Source: Candidatus Marinacidobacterales bacterium (GTDB lineage: Bacteria > Acidobacteriota > Vicinamibacteria > Marinacidobacterales > SMYC01). Taken from it: a stretch of 64,000 nucleotides of DNA. Shown in pieces: positions 39,913-52,429 of this stretch. Under the pieces are notes generated by a model. The model searched no databases. It was not told the DNA's origin and worked only from the letters and a program-made list of their open reading frames with translations. The stretch lies in assembly GCA_965237955.1 (NCBI GenBank), contig OZ250169.1, positions 7,744,001 to 7,808,000 on the forward strand, in the 5' to 3' direction. Numbering within the stretch: the stretch's first letter is position 1; every line of letters begins with the position of its first letter. The translations under genes were made by a program, and so were the position numbers.

Positions 39913-40307
39913 GCGCGGCGACCGATCGTTCAGGCTAGTTCTTTGTCGGCATAATTATTGGTGGAATATTCTCCTCCTGGATGATCTCATTGAAGGCGAC
40001 TACGTCTTCATCAAGAATCTCCTGGAGTTTGTCAAGGTGTATCGCGAGTTTGGTTCAAGCTCCTCAAAACTCTCGTAGGAACCGTCCGTTGGCCGAGCCT
40101 CTGCACCGAGGACAACTCCTAAGACATAAAAGAAGCGAGTATCCAACTGGGGCGGGAAATTGATCATCATATCGGCACCCTTCTCGTATTCTGTTTGTAT
40201 CAGCTGTTGTTCGACCGACGTGAGTTTCTCGCTCAGCTCATCGGCAATCTGAACAACTGAACCGCCCCGGGTTTCCCGGAGACTCCAACTCTTGAGAGGA
40301 TGGAGTC

Positions 40308-41539
<1,232 letters not shown>

Positions 41540-42041
41540 AACAGTCTCCGGAAAACCCGGGGCGGTTCACAACAGGCAGATTCAATTGAAAAGACTGCCA
41601 ACTGTTTCCATCATCGAAGGAAATATACATGCCAAACTCAGTGCCGGCATAAAGGAGCCCTTTACGGTCAGGATCCTCGCGAACAACCCTGACAAAGTGG
41701 TTGGAGGGAATGCCGTTGTTAACCGTTATTAGACACCAGTTCTTGCCGGAATCATTGGTTCTGAAAATGTAAGGCGTAAAATCGTCTTCGCGGTACTTGT
41801 GCACCACTACAAAAGCCCGGCCTGGATCGTGGGCAGAAGGCTCGATCACGTTTGCCGTTCCCCATTCAGGCATTCCCTCAGGGGTGATGTTCTCCCCTCC
41901 CCGGCACGCCAACGGACCTTGATTTTTCCTATTGATTCGGGGACGGCGACGCACTTCGGCATCTGGGATGCGGCGAGCAGCGGAGACACGGTACAATTCG
42001 GCCCTGGAGACCTCACGATTACAGAAGACTAGGAGTGTCTT

Positions 42042-43166
42042 GTGCGTGTCGCAGCCGTGATTGCTGTTCTCTTTATTGCAGTCTGGATGTTTTCTGCGCT
42101 CGTTATGGCAGATGAGCCACTTACGCTAGAGAACAGAGTTTCTACGCTGGAGGCACTGCATGGCATTGATCGTTCAACTCCGACTGCTGAGGAGTCGTCT
42201 ACGGCAACTGGCGTACCACCCACCGCAACTGCGACGAACACGGTAGAACCGGCTGCAACAAACGAGCCGCAGGGCTGCACGGTCCCGGACGGTGCGGATG
42301 TCTGGCACGCGCCGACCGACCACGAGCATGGTGACGCGCCGCCGCAATGGGCCGACGACTGGAGTTGCGCGCAGTTCGGGCATCACGTCATCTACGGCCG
42401 TGACGAGCAGACGCCGGACGAGAATCTGTACAAGCACATAGCGTTCAAGGGCTATGGCTGGACGGCGATGGCGGACAACGGCGTGCCGGTTGATCTCTAC
42501 TTGCGGTTGCACATGCAGACCAACCCGCTGGGACGGGCGGCGCGGTACCACAGCTACGAACTGTACGCAGGCATCAACGGGGATGTCGTCGGCTTCTGGC
42601 AGGGCTGGCTCGACTTCGGGCCGTCGCCGGATGCGCGGGACTCCTTTGCCGACGACCACCTCTGGCTTATCATCCCGCGGTACGACCCCGCCAACCACAT
42701 GGTCGGCTTCGACCCGGCCAGTAATCCGTTCTACGAGCCGAGCTATTCGGGGCGTGAGTTCTGGTACTCGCAATTGGCGACGGATGGCGGCTGGGAGCCG
42801 GTCATCATTGTCGATGTCTACGATCCGACCACCTACTACAGCGTTGGGGAATCGACCGATCCGCAGACGTGGCAGACCACGGGTGACTACGGACTGGACC
42901 GGAACGTGACGCTACGCTGGATAGCCGCTGGCTCGACGGTCGTAACGGTATCCGGGCAGCCCTATCTGAATCGCAACATGGACGACCCACGCGGCTGGTT
43001 CTGCGCTACGCCGACGGGGACGATCACCTCGGCCGGCTTGGAGGTCTGTGCGGCGGGCAGCCTGCCGCAGTACATCGCGCAAGCCATGCCGACGATAGGC
43101 GATACCAGCGAGCGAGCGGAGTACCGCAACCAGTGGGCGTGCCCGACATGCTCGCTCCCGAACTAA
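42042..43166 (+). CDS. Secreted hypothetical protein
   Basis: AGGAG RBS, signal peptide, P/T-rich linker, WHAPTDHEHGD, C-terminal CPTC. Confidence 0.75.
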   Translation: MRVAAVIAVLFIAVWMFSALVMADEPLTLENRVSTLEALHGIDRSTPTAEESSTATGVPPTATATNTVEPAATNEPQGCTVPDGADVWHAPTDHEHGDAPPQWADDWSCAQFGHHVIYGRDEQTPDENLYKHIAFKGYGWTAMADNGVPVDLYLRLHMQTNPLGRAARYHSYELYAGINGDVVGFWQGWLDFGPSPDARDSFADDHLWLIIPRYDPANHMVGFDPASNPFYEPSYSGREFWYSQLATDGGWEPVIIVDVYDPTTYYSVGESTDPQTWQTTGDYGLDRNVTLRWIAAGSTVVTVSGQPYLNRNMDDPRGWFCATPTGTITSAGLEVCAAGSLPQYIAQAMPTIGDTSERAEYRNQWACPTCSLPN

Positions 43167-43455
43167 TGGGGTAGCCTGTGACGCAATTCTTCACGAGCTT
43201 TGATGACAGTCCTGCGCTCTCGGAAGAGTGGCATACCACTGATGGTGCGTTCTCCATCGAGACGACAGGGCTGCCCCCCCTCCTCCTCCGAAACAATCCG
43301 CCCGGCGGGAGACACTCCTCAACCCGCCTTCCCCTGTTTGCTCGAGTTCTGCTACCCTCACCGGGACTCAAATCGGACTGCACAGCCCTATCCTCGCGGG
43401 AAAAATTCGAGCGGGTCGGCGATGGACACCTATGAATTTTCCTATCCTTTTTTCG

Positions 43456-46400
43456 CTATTGCGAAGGGGACTCCCGTCCCGCCACGATCCGTGGCAGGTT
43501 GTTCTCCTCGAGTGTTTGGTTGAATGCGGGTAGCTCGTTCTCGAGCAGCTCATCTAGCTCCCGATGGTATTGCTGGAGCATCCCCTTGAGAAGCTGGTGC
43601 ACCTCGTGATGTTGGTCGATCGGCCGGAAGTCGGCAACCGCGACCGCTCCGGCCAGGTAGGCGATCTTGCCCGCCAGCATCGCCGGCCAGCGGGCAAAGT
43701 CCTGACCGGTGCCGGTAGCCCGCAGTTGGAGCATGTTTCCTTCCAGAGTGACGAACGTACCCGCAAGCTCGTCGGCGTTCGAGACCATCGCCTCGGGGTC
43801 AACTGCTAGCTCCTTCGCCACGGCCTGCAGGTCCCGGAGCTGGCGGCGGATCCATTCGATACGGTTGATCGAATCGGCCAGGGCGCTCATGTCCTTGTGG
43901 AGCTCGAGCATCATCTCGGTTTGAAGCCGGATATCTTCCTCGGTGCCCTTGGAGTGCGGGTCCTTGAGAACCTGGAGCTCCTGGGTGTACTCTTTGTCAC
44001 CCATTTGAAGCGTGAGGTTGTAGGTGCCCGGAGGCATCAGCACGGAGACGCGCCTTACGGGATGGGAGCGCGTGCGCTCGTCGGAGAGCTCGACCCAGTC
44101 AGCATAAAGCGGCTTGGTTCGTAGTTTGATCTCGGTCGAGCGCTCACCCTTGAGGTCCCACCAGATGCGGTTGATTCCAGCGTCCTTAGTGCCATCGAGC
44201 GTGCGCACCGTCTCGCCATCCGCGGTCTTGACGATGATCTTGACGTCTCCTTCCTGCGTGTCTTTTAGCCAATAGTTGATCGAAGCTCCGTAGGGCAGGT
44301 TCTCGCCGGCCGACGGGTCGTTGAACATGGTCATCGGCGCGGTAATCGGTCGGAATCGGTACGCTTGCCGGGGCTCGAAGAGGTGCGCCTCCGAAGCCGC
44401 GACCTCTGTCGTGAGCTGCTGGAGCGGCGTGATGTCGTCGAGGATCCAGAAACCGCGGCCGTAGGTGCCGACGACGAGATCGTTGAAGTGCTCCTGTACC
44501 ACGAGCCAGTACATCGGTGTCGAAGGCAGGTTGTTCTGAAACGATTGCCAGCTGGCGCCGTCGTTGAAGGAAACATAAAGGGCGTTCTCGGTGCCGAGGT
44601 ACAAAAGTCCCGGCCGCGACGGATCTTGGCGAATGTTCCTCGCGTAGCTCAGGACGGAGTCGGTGATCCCGCTCGTGATCTTCGTCCAGCTCTCCCCGAA
44701 GTCCTCTGTCTTGTAAACGTAAGGCTCGAACCGGCCCACCTCGTGGAAGTCGACGGTGATGTAGGCTTTGCCTGCGTCCCACCTGGAGGCGTCGATATTG
44801 CGCACGGTGCCGAGAGGCGGAAGGTCGGGGATGTTCTTACTGACGTTCGTCCAAGTCTCGCCGCCGTCGCGGCTCACGTGTACGAGGCCGTCGCTCGAGC
44901 CGGCCCAGAACACACCCTGCTCGACAGGCGACTCGTCGAAGGCGTAGATGACGCAACAGTATTCGACGCCAACATTCTCGGGCGTGATACCGCCAGAGAT
45001 GCCCTGCTTCTCCGGATCGTTGCTGGTGAGGTCGGGGCTGATGACGTCCCAGCTCTGTCCGCCATTGGAGGTGCGATGGACGACCTGGCTGGTCACGAAG
45101 ACCGTGTTGTGATCGTGCGGGGAGACGAGGATCGGGAACGTCCATTGGAATCGGTACCTGACCTCGGCGGCGTGCCATCCCACTGTGCTTTCAGGCCAGA
45201 CTTCCACCTGACGATACTGTCGGGCGCTCTCCTCGTAGCGAACCACGATACCGCCGACAGCGCCGACGCCGGAGGCGCTCGACCAGATGACGTCCGGGTC
45301 CACCGGATCCGGCGTGGCGAAGCCACTCTCACCGCCCCCCACGGAGTGCCACATCCCGCGCGGGATACTTCCGCCACCGGAGCCACCGCTCGTCCGGCTG
45401 TTGCTCGGGCCTCTCGTCGACGGCCCGTCCTGGCGGTTACCGTAGACGTAGTAGGGGATCTGGTTGTCCACGGTGACGTGGTACATCTGACCCAACGGCA
45501 GTTGGACGCGGAACCAGGACTTCCCACGATTTTCCGAGATCGAGATACCGCCGTCGTGGCTGACGATCATTCGCTCGGCGTTCGTCGGATCGATCCACAT
45601 GTCGTGATGATCCCCGCCCGGAGCTCGGAGCGGACCCGAGCCGGAAGAGCTCGCCACCTCGGTCGTTTTCCCACCGTCGACAGTGCGGCTGAAAGGCGCA
45701 GCGAGAAAGTAGGCCTCATCCGCGTCATCGGGCGAGACCGTGCAGCGTGAGTAGTAGGCGCTGCGGCCAGCCAGGTTGCGGTCGTAGGACACGAGCTCCC
45801 ATTTTCTGCCGCCATCGTCCGAGCGCCAGAGCTCGCCCTTTTCGGTTCCCTCTCCTTCCCAAGGTACCCCGTCGCTCGTCTCGATGAGGGCATAGATCCG
45901 GTCAGAGCTCGATGGCGTCATGCACCCCGCGACCTTTCCCACCGGTCCCTTTGGCAAGCCGTTGCCTTCCAAACGGGTCCACGTGTCACCGCCGTCTCGT
46001 GACACGAAGAGACCGCTTCCAGGACCGCCGCTCCGCCGCTTCCAAGTCTTGATCTCGATCTGCCACATACCGGCGAAGAGGATCCGCGGGTTGTTGGGAT
46101 CCATGACCAGGTCGGAGGCTCCGGTGTTCTCGTCCACGAACAGAACGTGCTCCCACGTGTCGCCGCCGTCGGTAGTGCGGTAGATGCCGCGCTCTTCCTG
46201 GGGGCCGTAGCCGTGGCCCAGTGCCGCCGAGTAAACGATGTCTGGATTCTTCGGATGGATGATGACGCGTCCGATGCGGCCGGTGCCCTCGAGTCCCATG
46301 TGCTCCCAGCTCGTACCGCCATCTGTGGACTTCCAAATGCCATTTCCGATGGAGACGTTCGCGCGGATGAACGTCTCCCCGGTGCCGGCCCAGACGATGT

Positions 46401-46698
46401 TCGAATCGGACGGGGCCACCGCGAGCGAACCGATGGAATGGACCGGCTGATCGTCGAAGATCGGCTCCCAGTTGAGCCCGCGGTCCTCGGTCTTCCAGAT
46501 GCCACCCGATGCCGCTCCCGCATAGTAGATCCTCGGATCACCGGGCACACCGACCACCGCGATGACCCGGTTGCCGACCGGGCCGATGTGCCGGTAACGG
46601 AGCTTCTTGTAATGCTCCGTCGAGATCTCCTGTGCGAGACTCGCCCCGGCGAGGGCAAGGAGAATCGAAAGCGTTGTGAGGGCACTCAGTTTACGCAT
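43456..46698 (-). CDS. Secreted VPS10/sortilin-like BNR-repeat protein
   Basis: GGAGG RBS before MRKLS, YRHIGPVGNR, multiple BNR boxes, GTYGRGFWILDD. Confidence 0.9.
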   Translation of the reverse strand: MRKLSALTTLSILLALAGASLAQEISTEHYKKLRYRHIGPVGNRVIAVVGVPGDPRIYYAGAASGGIWKTEDRGLNWEPIFDDQPVHSIGSLAVAPSDSNIVWAGTGETFIRANVSIGNGIWKSTDGGTSWEHMGLEGTGRIGRVIIHPKNPDIVYSAALGHGYGPQEERGIYRTTDGGDTWEHVLFVDENTGASDLVMDPNNPRILFAGMWQIEIKTWKRRSGGPGSGLFVSRDGGDTWTRLEGNGLPKGPVGKVAGCMTPSSSDRIYALIETSDGVPWEGEGTEKGELWRSDDGGRKWELVSYDRNLAGRSAYYSRCTVSPDDADEAYFLAAPFSRTVDGGKTTEVASSSGSGPLRAPGGDHHDMWIDPTNAERMIVSHDGGISISENRGKSWFRVQLPLGQMYHVTVDNQIPYYVYGNRQDGPSTRGPSNSRTSGGSGGGSIPRGMWHSVGGGESGFATPDPVDPDVIWSSASGVGAVGGIVVRYEESARQYRQVEVWPESTVGWHAAEVRYRFQWTFPILVSPHDHNTVFVTSQVVHRTSNGGQSWDVISPDLTSNDPEKQGISGGITPENVGVEYCCVIYAFDESPVEQGVFWAGSSDGLVHVSRDGGETWTNVSKNIPDLPPLGTVRNIDASRWDAGKAYITVDFHEVGRFEPYVYKTEDFGESWTKITSGITDSVLSYARNIRQDPSRPGLLYLGTENALYVSFNDGASWQSFQNNLPSTPMYWLVVQEHFNDLVVGTYGRGFWILDDITPLQQLTTEVAASEAHLFEPRQAYRFRPITAPMTMFNDPSAGENLPYGASINYWLKDTQEGDVKIIVKTADGETVRTLDGTKDAGINRIWWDLKGERSTEIKLRTKPLYADWVELSDERTRSHPVRRVSVLMPPGTYNLTLQMGDKEYTQELQVLKDPHSKGTEEDIRLQTEMMLELHKDMSALADSINRIEWIRRQLRDLQAVAKELAVDPEAMVSNADELAGTFVTLEGNMLQLRATGTGQDFARWPAMLAGKIAYLAGAVAVADFRPIDQHHEVHQLLKGMLQQYHRELDELLENELPAFNQTLEENNLPRIVAGRESPSQ

Positions 46699-46876
46699 GG
46701 TAACGCCTCCAGTTCGACGAACCATCACTCCCGCCCAGCCACGACGCGGGGCAGATTCTGCTGACGGATAGGATTGATGACCGCGGGTGGTACTGTCAAA
46801 TGGAGCTGGTGACTGACAGAATGGGCCAATGAACAGCAAGTAGGAGCCCGCTTCAGCGGGCGTTGGAAGAGGCGGG

Positions 46877-48364
46877 CTATCTTCTGGCGCTGTACAGCAC
46901 TTCGCCGTGCTCATCCCGCCAGATGAGTTCGAGCTGAGCGCGGTCGCCGCCGGTTCCCGGTGACACCTCGACCTCGAGAAAGCCTCCAGAGCGCGGATCC
47001 TGGTAGTAGGGCTGTTGGATCAGTCCCTCTGGATCTGTCGATTTGGGATCTCCCGGCTTGCGGCCCAGCCGAGAATTGACGTCGATGAGTGCGCCGGTGG
47101 AGAACTCCTCGATGCCGCTGGGATCGATGGAGTGATACTGCCAATGCCGGTCCCCGCAGATGATGTAGAACCCCTTCTCGGCGATGCCGGTCTCCTCGAG
47201 CCAGGCAAAAAACTCGTCCCGCTCCGCTCGGAAACCGCCGATGTTGGTGTGGTTGTCCTTCTTGCGTAGATCGTCCGGACCGATCATCGGGGTGGGGGAG
47301 ATGAGCAGCTTGTATGTGGCGTCGCTTTCACTGAGGGTTCTCTTCAGCCAGGCCTTCTGCTCCCTGCCCCAGATCGTCTTTTCGGGCCCGTCCGGCGTCG
47401 CGTTCGGGCTGCGGTAGATCCTGCCCTCGGGCAACCATATCTGCAGGTCCCGGGATATCCGATGTGTGCGGTAGGTGAGGGGGTTGGGGTCGCCCATCTC
47501 GGAGTACGGCAGCTGCTCGAGCATGATGCGTTGCCCGAGCTCGGGAGAGGGCTCATAGTCGCCGGAGTTGTCGCAGTCGTCGATACGGTAATCGTGGTCG
47601 TCAATCATCCAGTACGTCGGCGTTTCGGCGAACAAAGCTCCATAGCGCGGCTGCACGAACTGTTCGTGCCATTTCTGGCGGAGCTCCGAGATCGTCTCCG
47701 CTCGGGGGTCGCTGGGAGTGTCGTAGTAAACGTTGTCGCCCGTGCCGACCAGGAAGTCCGGCTTCAGCTTCAGGATCGACGCGAGTGCGGGGTAGCCCAG
47801 ATGCTTGTCCGGTCCGGAGTAGGGGTCGGGCCGACTGGTGTTGTTCTGGAGCGGATGCTCAGCTCGGTCGATGTCGTAACTGCCGTGAAACTTGGCGTAG
47901 TTCATTCCCGTCACGACCACGAAACGAATGGGCTCTGCCGAGTCTGCTCCCGGCAGAGTCTTGAAACGTGCGGTCGGTCCGTCCCGAAGCCGATCTGTCG
48001 TGGGACCAATGCGCGTCGTGCAGATGTATGCCGTTCCCGGCGCCAGGCCGGTGAAAGCCGTTCGCGCGATGAAGTCGTGCTCCGGGCTGGCCTCTGCCCT
48101 TTGAGTCGCCGGCGTCTCAGTGGAATCAGCCTCGGCTTTCGCAAGGGTGAACTCCACGACGCCAGGCGCCCCGGGTACATCCTGGTCAACCAGCTGCTCT
48201 GTCTCAGTCAGGCGGACCTGAACCAGCGCCTTGTCGACAGTGACCTCTCCCACCAGGACACCCATTGCGGAATGCACCTTGGTGGCCGATTCGGGCGGGT
48301 GGCCGCAGGCGACCAGGAGGGCGGCAGGCGCCGCCAGCAACAGCGATTTGAAGAGCGGGGTCAT
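46877..48364 (-). CDS. PhoD-like phosphatase, lipoprotein
   Basis: LLVA-C lipobox, GDNVYYD, DDHD, GREQKAWLK, GDRH. Confidence 0.85.
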   Translation of the reverse strand: MTPLFKSLLLAAPAALLVACGHPPESATKVHSAMGVLVGEVTVDKALVQVRLTETEQLVDQDVPGAPGVVEFTLAKAEADSTETPATQRAEASPEHDFIARTAFTGLAPGTAYICTTRIGPTTDRLRDGPTARFKTLPGADSAEPIRFVVVTGMNYAKFHGSYDIDRAEHPLQNNTSRPDPYSGPDKHLGYPALASILKLKPDFLVGTGDNVYYDTPSDPRAETISELRQKWHEQFVQPRYGALFAETPTYWMIDDHDYRIDDCDNSGDYEPSPELGQRIMLEQLPYSEMGDPNPLTYRTHRISRDLQIWLPEGRIYRSPNATPDGPEKTIWGREQKAWLKRTLSESDATYKLLISPTPMIGPDDLRKKDNHTNIGGFRAERDEFFAWLEETGIAEKGFYIICGDRHWQYHSIDPSGIEEFSTGALIDVNSRLGRKPGDPKSTDPEGLIQQPYYQDPRSGGFLEVEVSPGTGGDRAQLELIWRDEHGEVLYSARR

Positions 48365-48484
48365 GAGGACGTGACTATATCGTGGACAGATAGGCATTTC
48401 TATCCCGAGGAGCAGTCCGTGGAACGGCTAGATTGAAGCAAATTCTTCGCACGCGAAGCCCTCCCGAGAAGAGGACCTCCGTGA

Positions 48485-48739
48485 TCACGACCCCTTTGTC
48501 TTGAGCTGGGGTTCGTTCTCTTGTATGAAGGCGCGGATGTCGTCTGACATGTCGAGCAGTTTCTCCCACTGCTCCTTGTACAAAGTCACCGGGAAGCGGC
48601 CCAATCCGTAGACTGAGACGCCGCCCTTCTGACTGACTTTGAGGGAGAGCCCCTTCTCGCTACGCTTCTTGAGCGCTTCATTCTCAGTGCGCAAGCGCTC
48701 AAGTTCTTCCTTCATTTGCTCCGGTGTCATGTCGCTCAC
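48485..48739 (-). CDS. Small conserved hypothetical protein
   Basis: Coiled coil followed by LKVSQKGGVSVYGLGRFPVTLYKEQW. AGGAG RBS. Confidence 0.8.
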   Translation of the reverse strand: MSDMTPEQMKEELERLRTENEALKKRSEKGLSLKVSQKGGVSVYGLGRFPVTLYKEQWEKLLDMSDDIRAFIQENEPQLKTKGS

Positions 48740-48772
48740 AGCCGTCTCCTGGGTCGTGGATTTGTGACGCCC

Positions 48773-49135
48773 CTATTCACACAAGTTCGAGGTGAATTCT
48801 AACGGGCGGGGGTGAGCGAAGCGAGCGCCAGCGGGCCGCACCAACGCGGCGCTGTAGTCCCACTTCCGCGCCATGAGCTTTCGGTGCCACGCCAGGAGGG
48901 TGTCGGGCGTGACGATACCAGCCACTTCTGCCAAGAGTTTGCGGCCGAGGGCCTTGCCCTTTGCCGCGAGCCGCCGTCGTTCGTCGTCGGTGAAACGGAG
49001 TCTCTTCCCGCGGAGCCGAGCTTTGAGGACTCTGTTCTCCTCGAGCAAGTAGACGATAGCGGCCTGTTGGTCGCGCTGGATCCAACCAGCGATGGCGACG
49101 ACCAACAATGTCCAGGGCTGGATCGGGGTGCTCAT
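48773..49135 (-). pseudogene. N-terminal fragment of an integrase-core transposase
   Basis: YLLEENRVLK, FTDDERRRLA, IVTPDTLLAWHRKL. No catalytic core follows. Confidence 0.75.
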
Positions 49136-49163
49136 GACCTCAAATCCCTAATAAAAAAGTCAA

Positions 49164-50675
49164 TCAATTTTGTATCGCTGACTCGATAAATTCTGCGATC
49201 TCCGCTTTAAACTTGGCGTGGGATGGTTTGTGGATATACATCATGTGCCCCGATTCATAATAGCTAATCTCTATTCGTCCCGTGAAATCGGAATTCAAAT
49301 CCAGATGTGAGACAGCATATTCGTCAGCAAAATAGCTCCTAATATCGTAATAACCGTTAGCAATATGAACCTTAAGAGATTGGTTCTTTCTCATCACCTT
49401 GCGAAGGATCTCTGCACTATTTAAGTAGCGAGGTCTATCCCAGGGCCTGACCTTTCCTCGTAATTCATAGTTCATATCATTTTCGTACTTGAGCTCTGTT
49501 CTGAAGTAGTGATTGATCATTGCAGCAAATGCTCCAGAAATCGCTGAGTGAGCTGGGTCAGATTCGAAGCGTTCACCCGCTGAATCCGAATCCTTTCCCT
49601 TAAACCGGGCGTCAATGGAACCTACTATTTGGTGTTCATCGCGAAGAAGTTCTTTTTCAAAACGGCCGTTATGGATACGCATATTGGTTTGTTCGATATA
49701 TTTGGGAGAGAGTCCGGTGTAGCGGGCTAGTTGATTGATAATTTCGCTCTTTTTATCTGCAGGGAGCTTGTTTCCTTTCATCAGCGCCAAGTTGTAGTCC
49801 TCTAAAGCAAATTGTTCGGCCTCATCCAGGACATCACGCAGATTTCTCCCCTGAAGGTCAGATGGGAGCTTTTTATGAAACCATGCTATTGCCGTGTACG
49901 TAGGCAGAGCCAGGATGAAAGCCAGGTCATTCCCGGTCTGAAAACTACGGGTGTACGGGTTTAAACCAGAAGTGGTGATGGAAACCAGGATTAATCCTTT
50001 AAGATACATTGATTGAGTGTCTCTCTGGAGATATTCAGCCAGCCCTACAGCCCGGGGGACGCCGTAGCTCTCTCCTATAACAAACTTGGGCGAGGCCCAG
50101 AGTTCATTACGGGCTATATACAACTGGATAATTTCTCCGAGATATTCAATATCTTCTTTATAGCCATGAAATTCCCTTGGATTTACACCCTCAACAGCCC
50201 GGCTGTATCCTGTGGAAACAGGGTCGACCATAACCACATCCGACACATCCAGGATGGAGTATTCATTATCTACAAGGCGGTAAGGTCCAGGAGGGGGAAC
50301 TCCTTCATCGTCCAGCAAGACCACTCTTGGACCGAGAGCTCCAATATGAAGCATCATAGAAGAAGAACCAGGCCCTCCATTGTAAGCAAAGGTGATGGGG
50401 CGGCGACTTTTATCTTTTACACCGTCCTTGGTGTAAGTCGTGAGAAATACTCTTGCTCTTGGCCTCCCTGATTCATCTCTAAGAAGCATGTAACCTGCGG
50501 TCGCTGTGTATTTCAGTGGTTTTCCATTTAGCTGGATGGTGTGACTTGTAACAGAGAGAGATGGCTCTGGAACTTTTAGGATTGGCTTCTTTTTGGAAGA
50601 TTCTTGAGCGGATAAATTGGGAAGCTCAAAGATTAGAAAGACTACCAAGAGAACATAGAGACCTTTTCTTATCAT
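49164..50675 (-). CDS. Peptidase S10 (serine carboxypeptidase)
   Basis: NGGPGSSS, DPVSTGYS, GESYG, SGHMMY. Visibly AT-rich. Confidence 0.9.
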   Translation of the reverse strand: MIRKGLYVLLVVFLIFELPNLSAQESSKKKPILKVPEPSLSVTSHTIQLNGKPLKYTATAGYMLLRDESGRPRARVFLTTYTKDGVKDKSRRPITFAYNGGPGSSSMMLHIGALGPRVVLLDDEGVPPPGPYRLVDNEYSILDVSDVVMVDPVSTGYSRAVEGVNPREFHGYKEDIEYLGEIIQLYIARNELWASPKFVIGESYGVPRAVGLAEYLQRDTQSMYLKGLILVSITTSGLNPYTRSFQTGNDLAFILALPTYTAIAWFHKKLPSDLQGRNLRDVLDEAEQFALEDYNLALMKGNKLPADKKSEIINQLARYTGLSPKYIEQTNMRIHNGRFEKELLRDEHQIVGSIDARFKGKDSDSAGERFESDPAHSAISGAFAAMINHYFRTELKYENDMNYELRGKVRPWDRPRYLNSAEILRKVMRKNQSLKVHIANGYYDIRSYFADEYAVSHLDLNSDFTGRIEISYYESGHMMYIHKPSHAKFKAEIAEFIESAIQN

Positions 50676-50899
50676 TGTATTTCCTCGTTCCTAAGGTAAA
50701 CGTGAGATCTGAGAGTGTGCCAATCTTAGTTGGAAATTGAAACGGCTCCAAACCCCGTGGTTTGATTACGTTGGCAAAAACGACATCAAGCCGCAAAGAA
50801 AGGAGCCGAGATGGGAAGTCTGCTACGTTCGTTCAAGAAACGCAAGAAGTCGCGTCGTTTGGGTGAGGTCGAGGTCGTGATGCCAGATGACCTCGCCGT

Positions 50900-51168
50900 T
50901 CGGAGCGTTCCGCTTGCGTCAGCGCATTCTGTGGTCCGAGAGTGAGTTTCTTGGCTTCGACGACACCGAGGATTTGCCCACCCACACAAAGGGCATAATC
51001 GGCGGGTCCAGCATCAGTCGGGTATTCCTCAACGGCGATGCGGTCGCACGTGCTGAGCGCTCGGTCAGGATCAAACGGAAATACTTCCCACCCGGCAGCC
51101 TTGAGCTCCGGGTCGATGAGGCGCTTCCGCGTCGCACGCTCGGAAAGACCAGGAATTTTGGGCGTCAT
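50900..51168 (-). pseudogene. hsdR: Type I restriction HsdR N-terminal fragment
   Basis: SERATRKRLIDPELKAAGW, EEYPT..GPADY, VEAKK, ALTQAER. Helicase part absent. Confidence 0.75.
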
Positions 51169-51340
51169 CGACCTCGATTTCCCATCGTAATTCTATGCTG
51201 CGCCAACGAAAGCAATACCGTCGAAGTCGCGACCTCGTGCGTCGAGTGCTCCGCAAACTGAAGAAAGAAGGCAAGGTCGATACTCGCGGAACAGGGCGCG
51301 GCGCTCGTTGGCGGAAAAGGGGGTAATGTCTGATAAAGGG

Positions 51341-52429
51341 GTGCCTTGGTGCACAACTCCGATAGAGGCCGAGAGCTCGCTTGGCCCCGACTCCCATCAT
51401 CCGATCATCTCGCTATCAGGCATCCCGAGCGCCGTCATGGTGTTGAGAATCTTGCACCCGATCCTTGCCTCGACTCTCTGTGCCGCCAACCCTCTCGCTC
51501 GCATCGCTGAGCCCACGATAGCCTTGTAGCGATGGAACGTTGTCTCGACTTTGCTCCGTTTGCTGTAGCCCGATTCTGTGTGCCACTTTCGTTTGCCGAG
51601 CCGAGCTTGTGCTGCAATGTTGCGATTGCGCTGTCGGCTGCTCGCCGGCCCCGATGCGAGCTGGGCGCCCTTGCGCGGCGGTATCAGCACCCTCGGCGAG
51701 CAATGAGCGCTGTGATTCTCGATTGCCTCATAGACGCCGCCGGCGTCGTATGCGGTGTCAGCTCTGGCAGATGAGATGGGACTGTCGATCTGTCCGACAA
51801 GCGATGCAACCCGCGATGAATCGCGGGCTCTTTTGCTCGTCAGCTCGCCGGCGACGACTTCGCCACTCTGCTCGTCGACACACAGATGGAGCTTGCGATA
51901 GTCCCTGCTCTTTGGTGCTCTGCGCAGCTGGCCGGCGTGGACAGCGAGACCGCTGCTGTCGATCAAGATGTGCAACGGCGTCTTCTGCTTGTCTTGGTAG
52001 AAGGGGACCTTACCCAGCTTCGCCTTGCGCCTCGAGATCGTGGTGTGATCGGGCACATCATTGTCTAGCTTCATCAGAGCGAACAACGATCGCAGCAATC
52101 CCTCGCTCTGCCTAGATGACAGATGAAACACCATGCCCAGGGTGACAGCCGTCTCGATGGCGTGGTTCGAGTACTTGCGTTGACGGCCCGGTTTCCTCCT
52201 CCTCGGCCGGGGCGCGTCCCAGTTCACAAGCTTGCCGGCGGTGAGCGAGATCCAGACGGTCAGGCTCCCACGGTTGCGTAGACCCGCCTCATATTCACGC
52301 CAATTCCTCACGCGATAGGCCTTCTTCACATACTTCCGCTGAGTGCGTTTGAAAATGCTCATGGGGAACCTCGAATCCGTGAGTAAAGGACAATTGTGGA
52401 CCGAGATCGCGAGTTGTGCACCAAGGCAC
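51341..52429 (-). mobile_element. IS5-family (IS903-like) insertion sequence
   Basis: Perfect 19-bp IR GTGCCTTGGTGCACAACTC. No flanking direct repeat found. Confidence 0.9.
51397..52362 (-). CDS. IS5 family transposase
   Basis: [48 protein letters not shown]. Confidence 0.9.
   Translation of the reverse strand: MSIFKRTQRKYVKKAYRVRNWREYEAGLRNRGSLTVWISLTAGKLVNWDAPRPRRRKPGRQRKYSNHAIETAVTLGMVFHLSSRQSEGLLRSLFALMKLDNDVPDHTTISRRKAKLGKVPFYQDKQKTPLHILIDSSGLAVHAGQLRRAPKSRDYRKLHLCVDEQSGEVVAGELTSKRARDSSRVASLVGQIDSPISSARADTAYDAGGVYEAIENHSAHCSPRVLIPPRKGAQLASGPASSRQRNRNIAAQARLGKRKWHTESGYSKRSKVETTFHRYKAIVGSAMRARGLAAQRVEARIGCKILNTMTALGMPDSEMIG

Noticed and set aside
48795-48850. Integron attC site
   Set aside because: Only a half-like CGTTAG motif, with no matching inverse core, cassette array or integron integrase.
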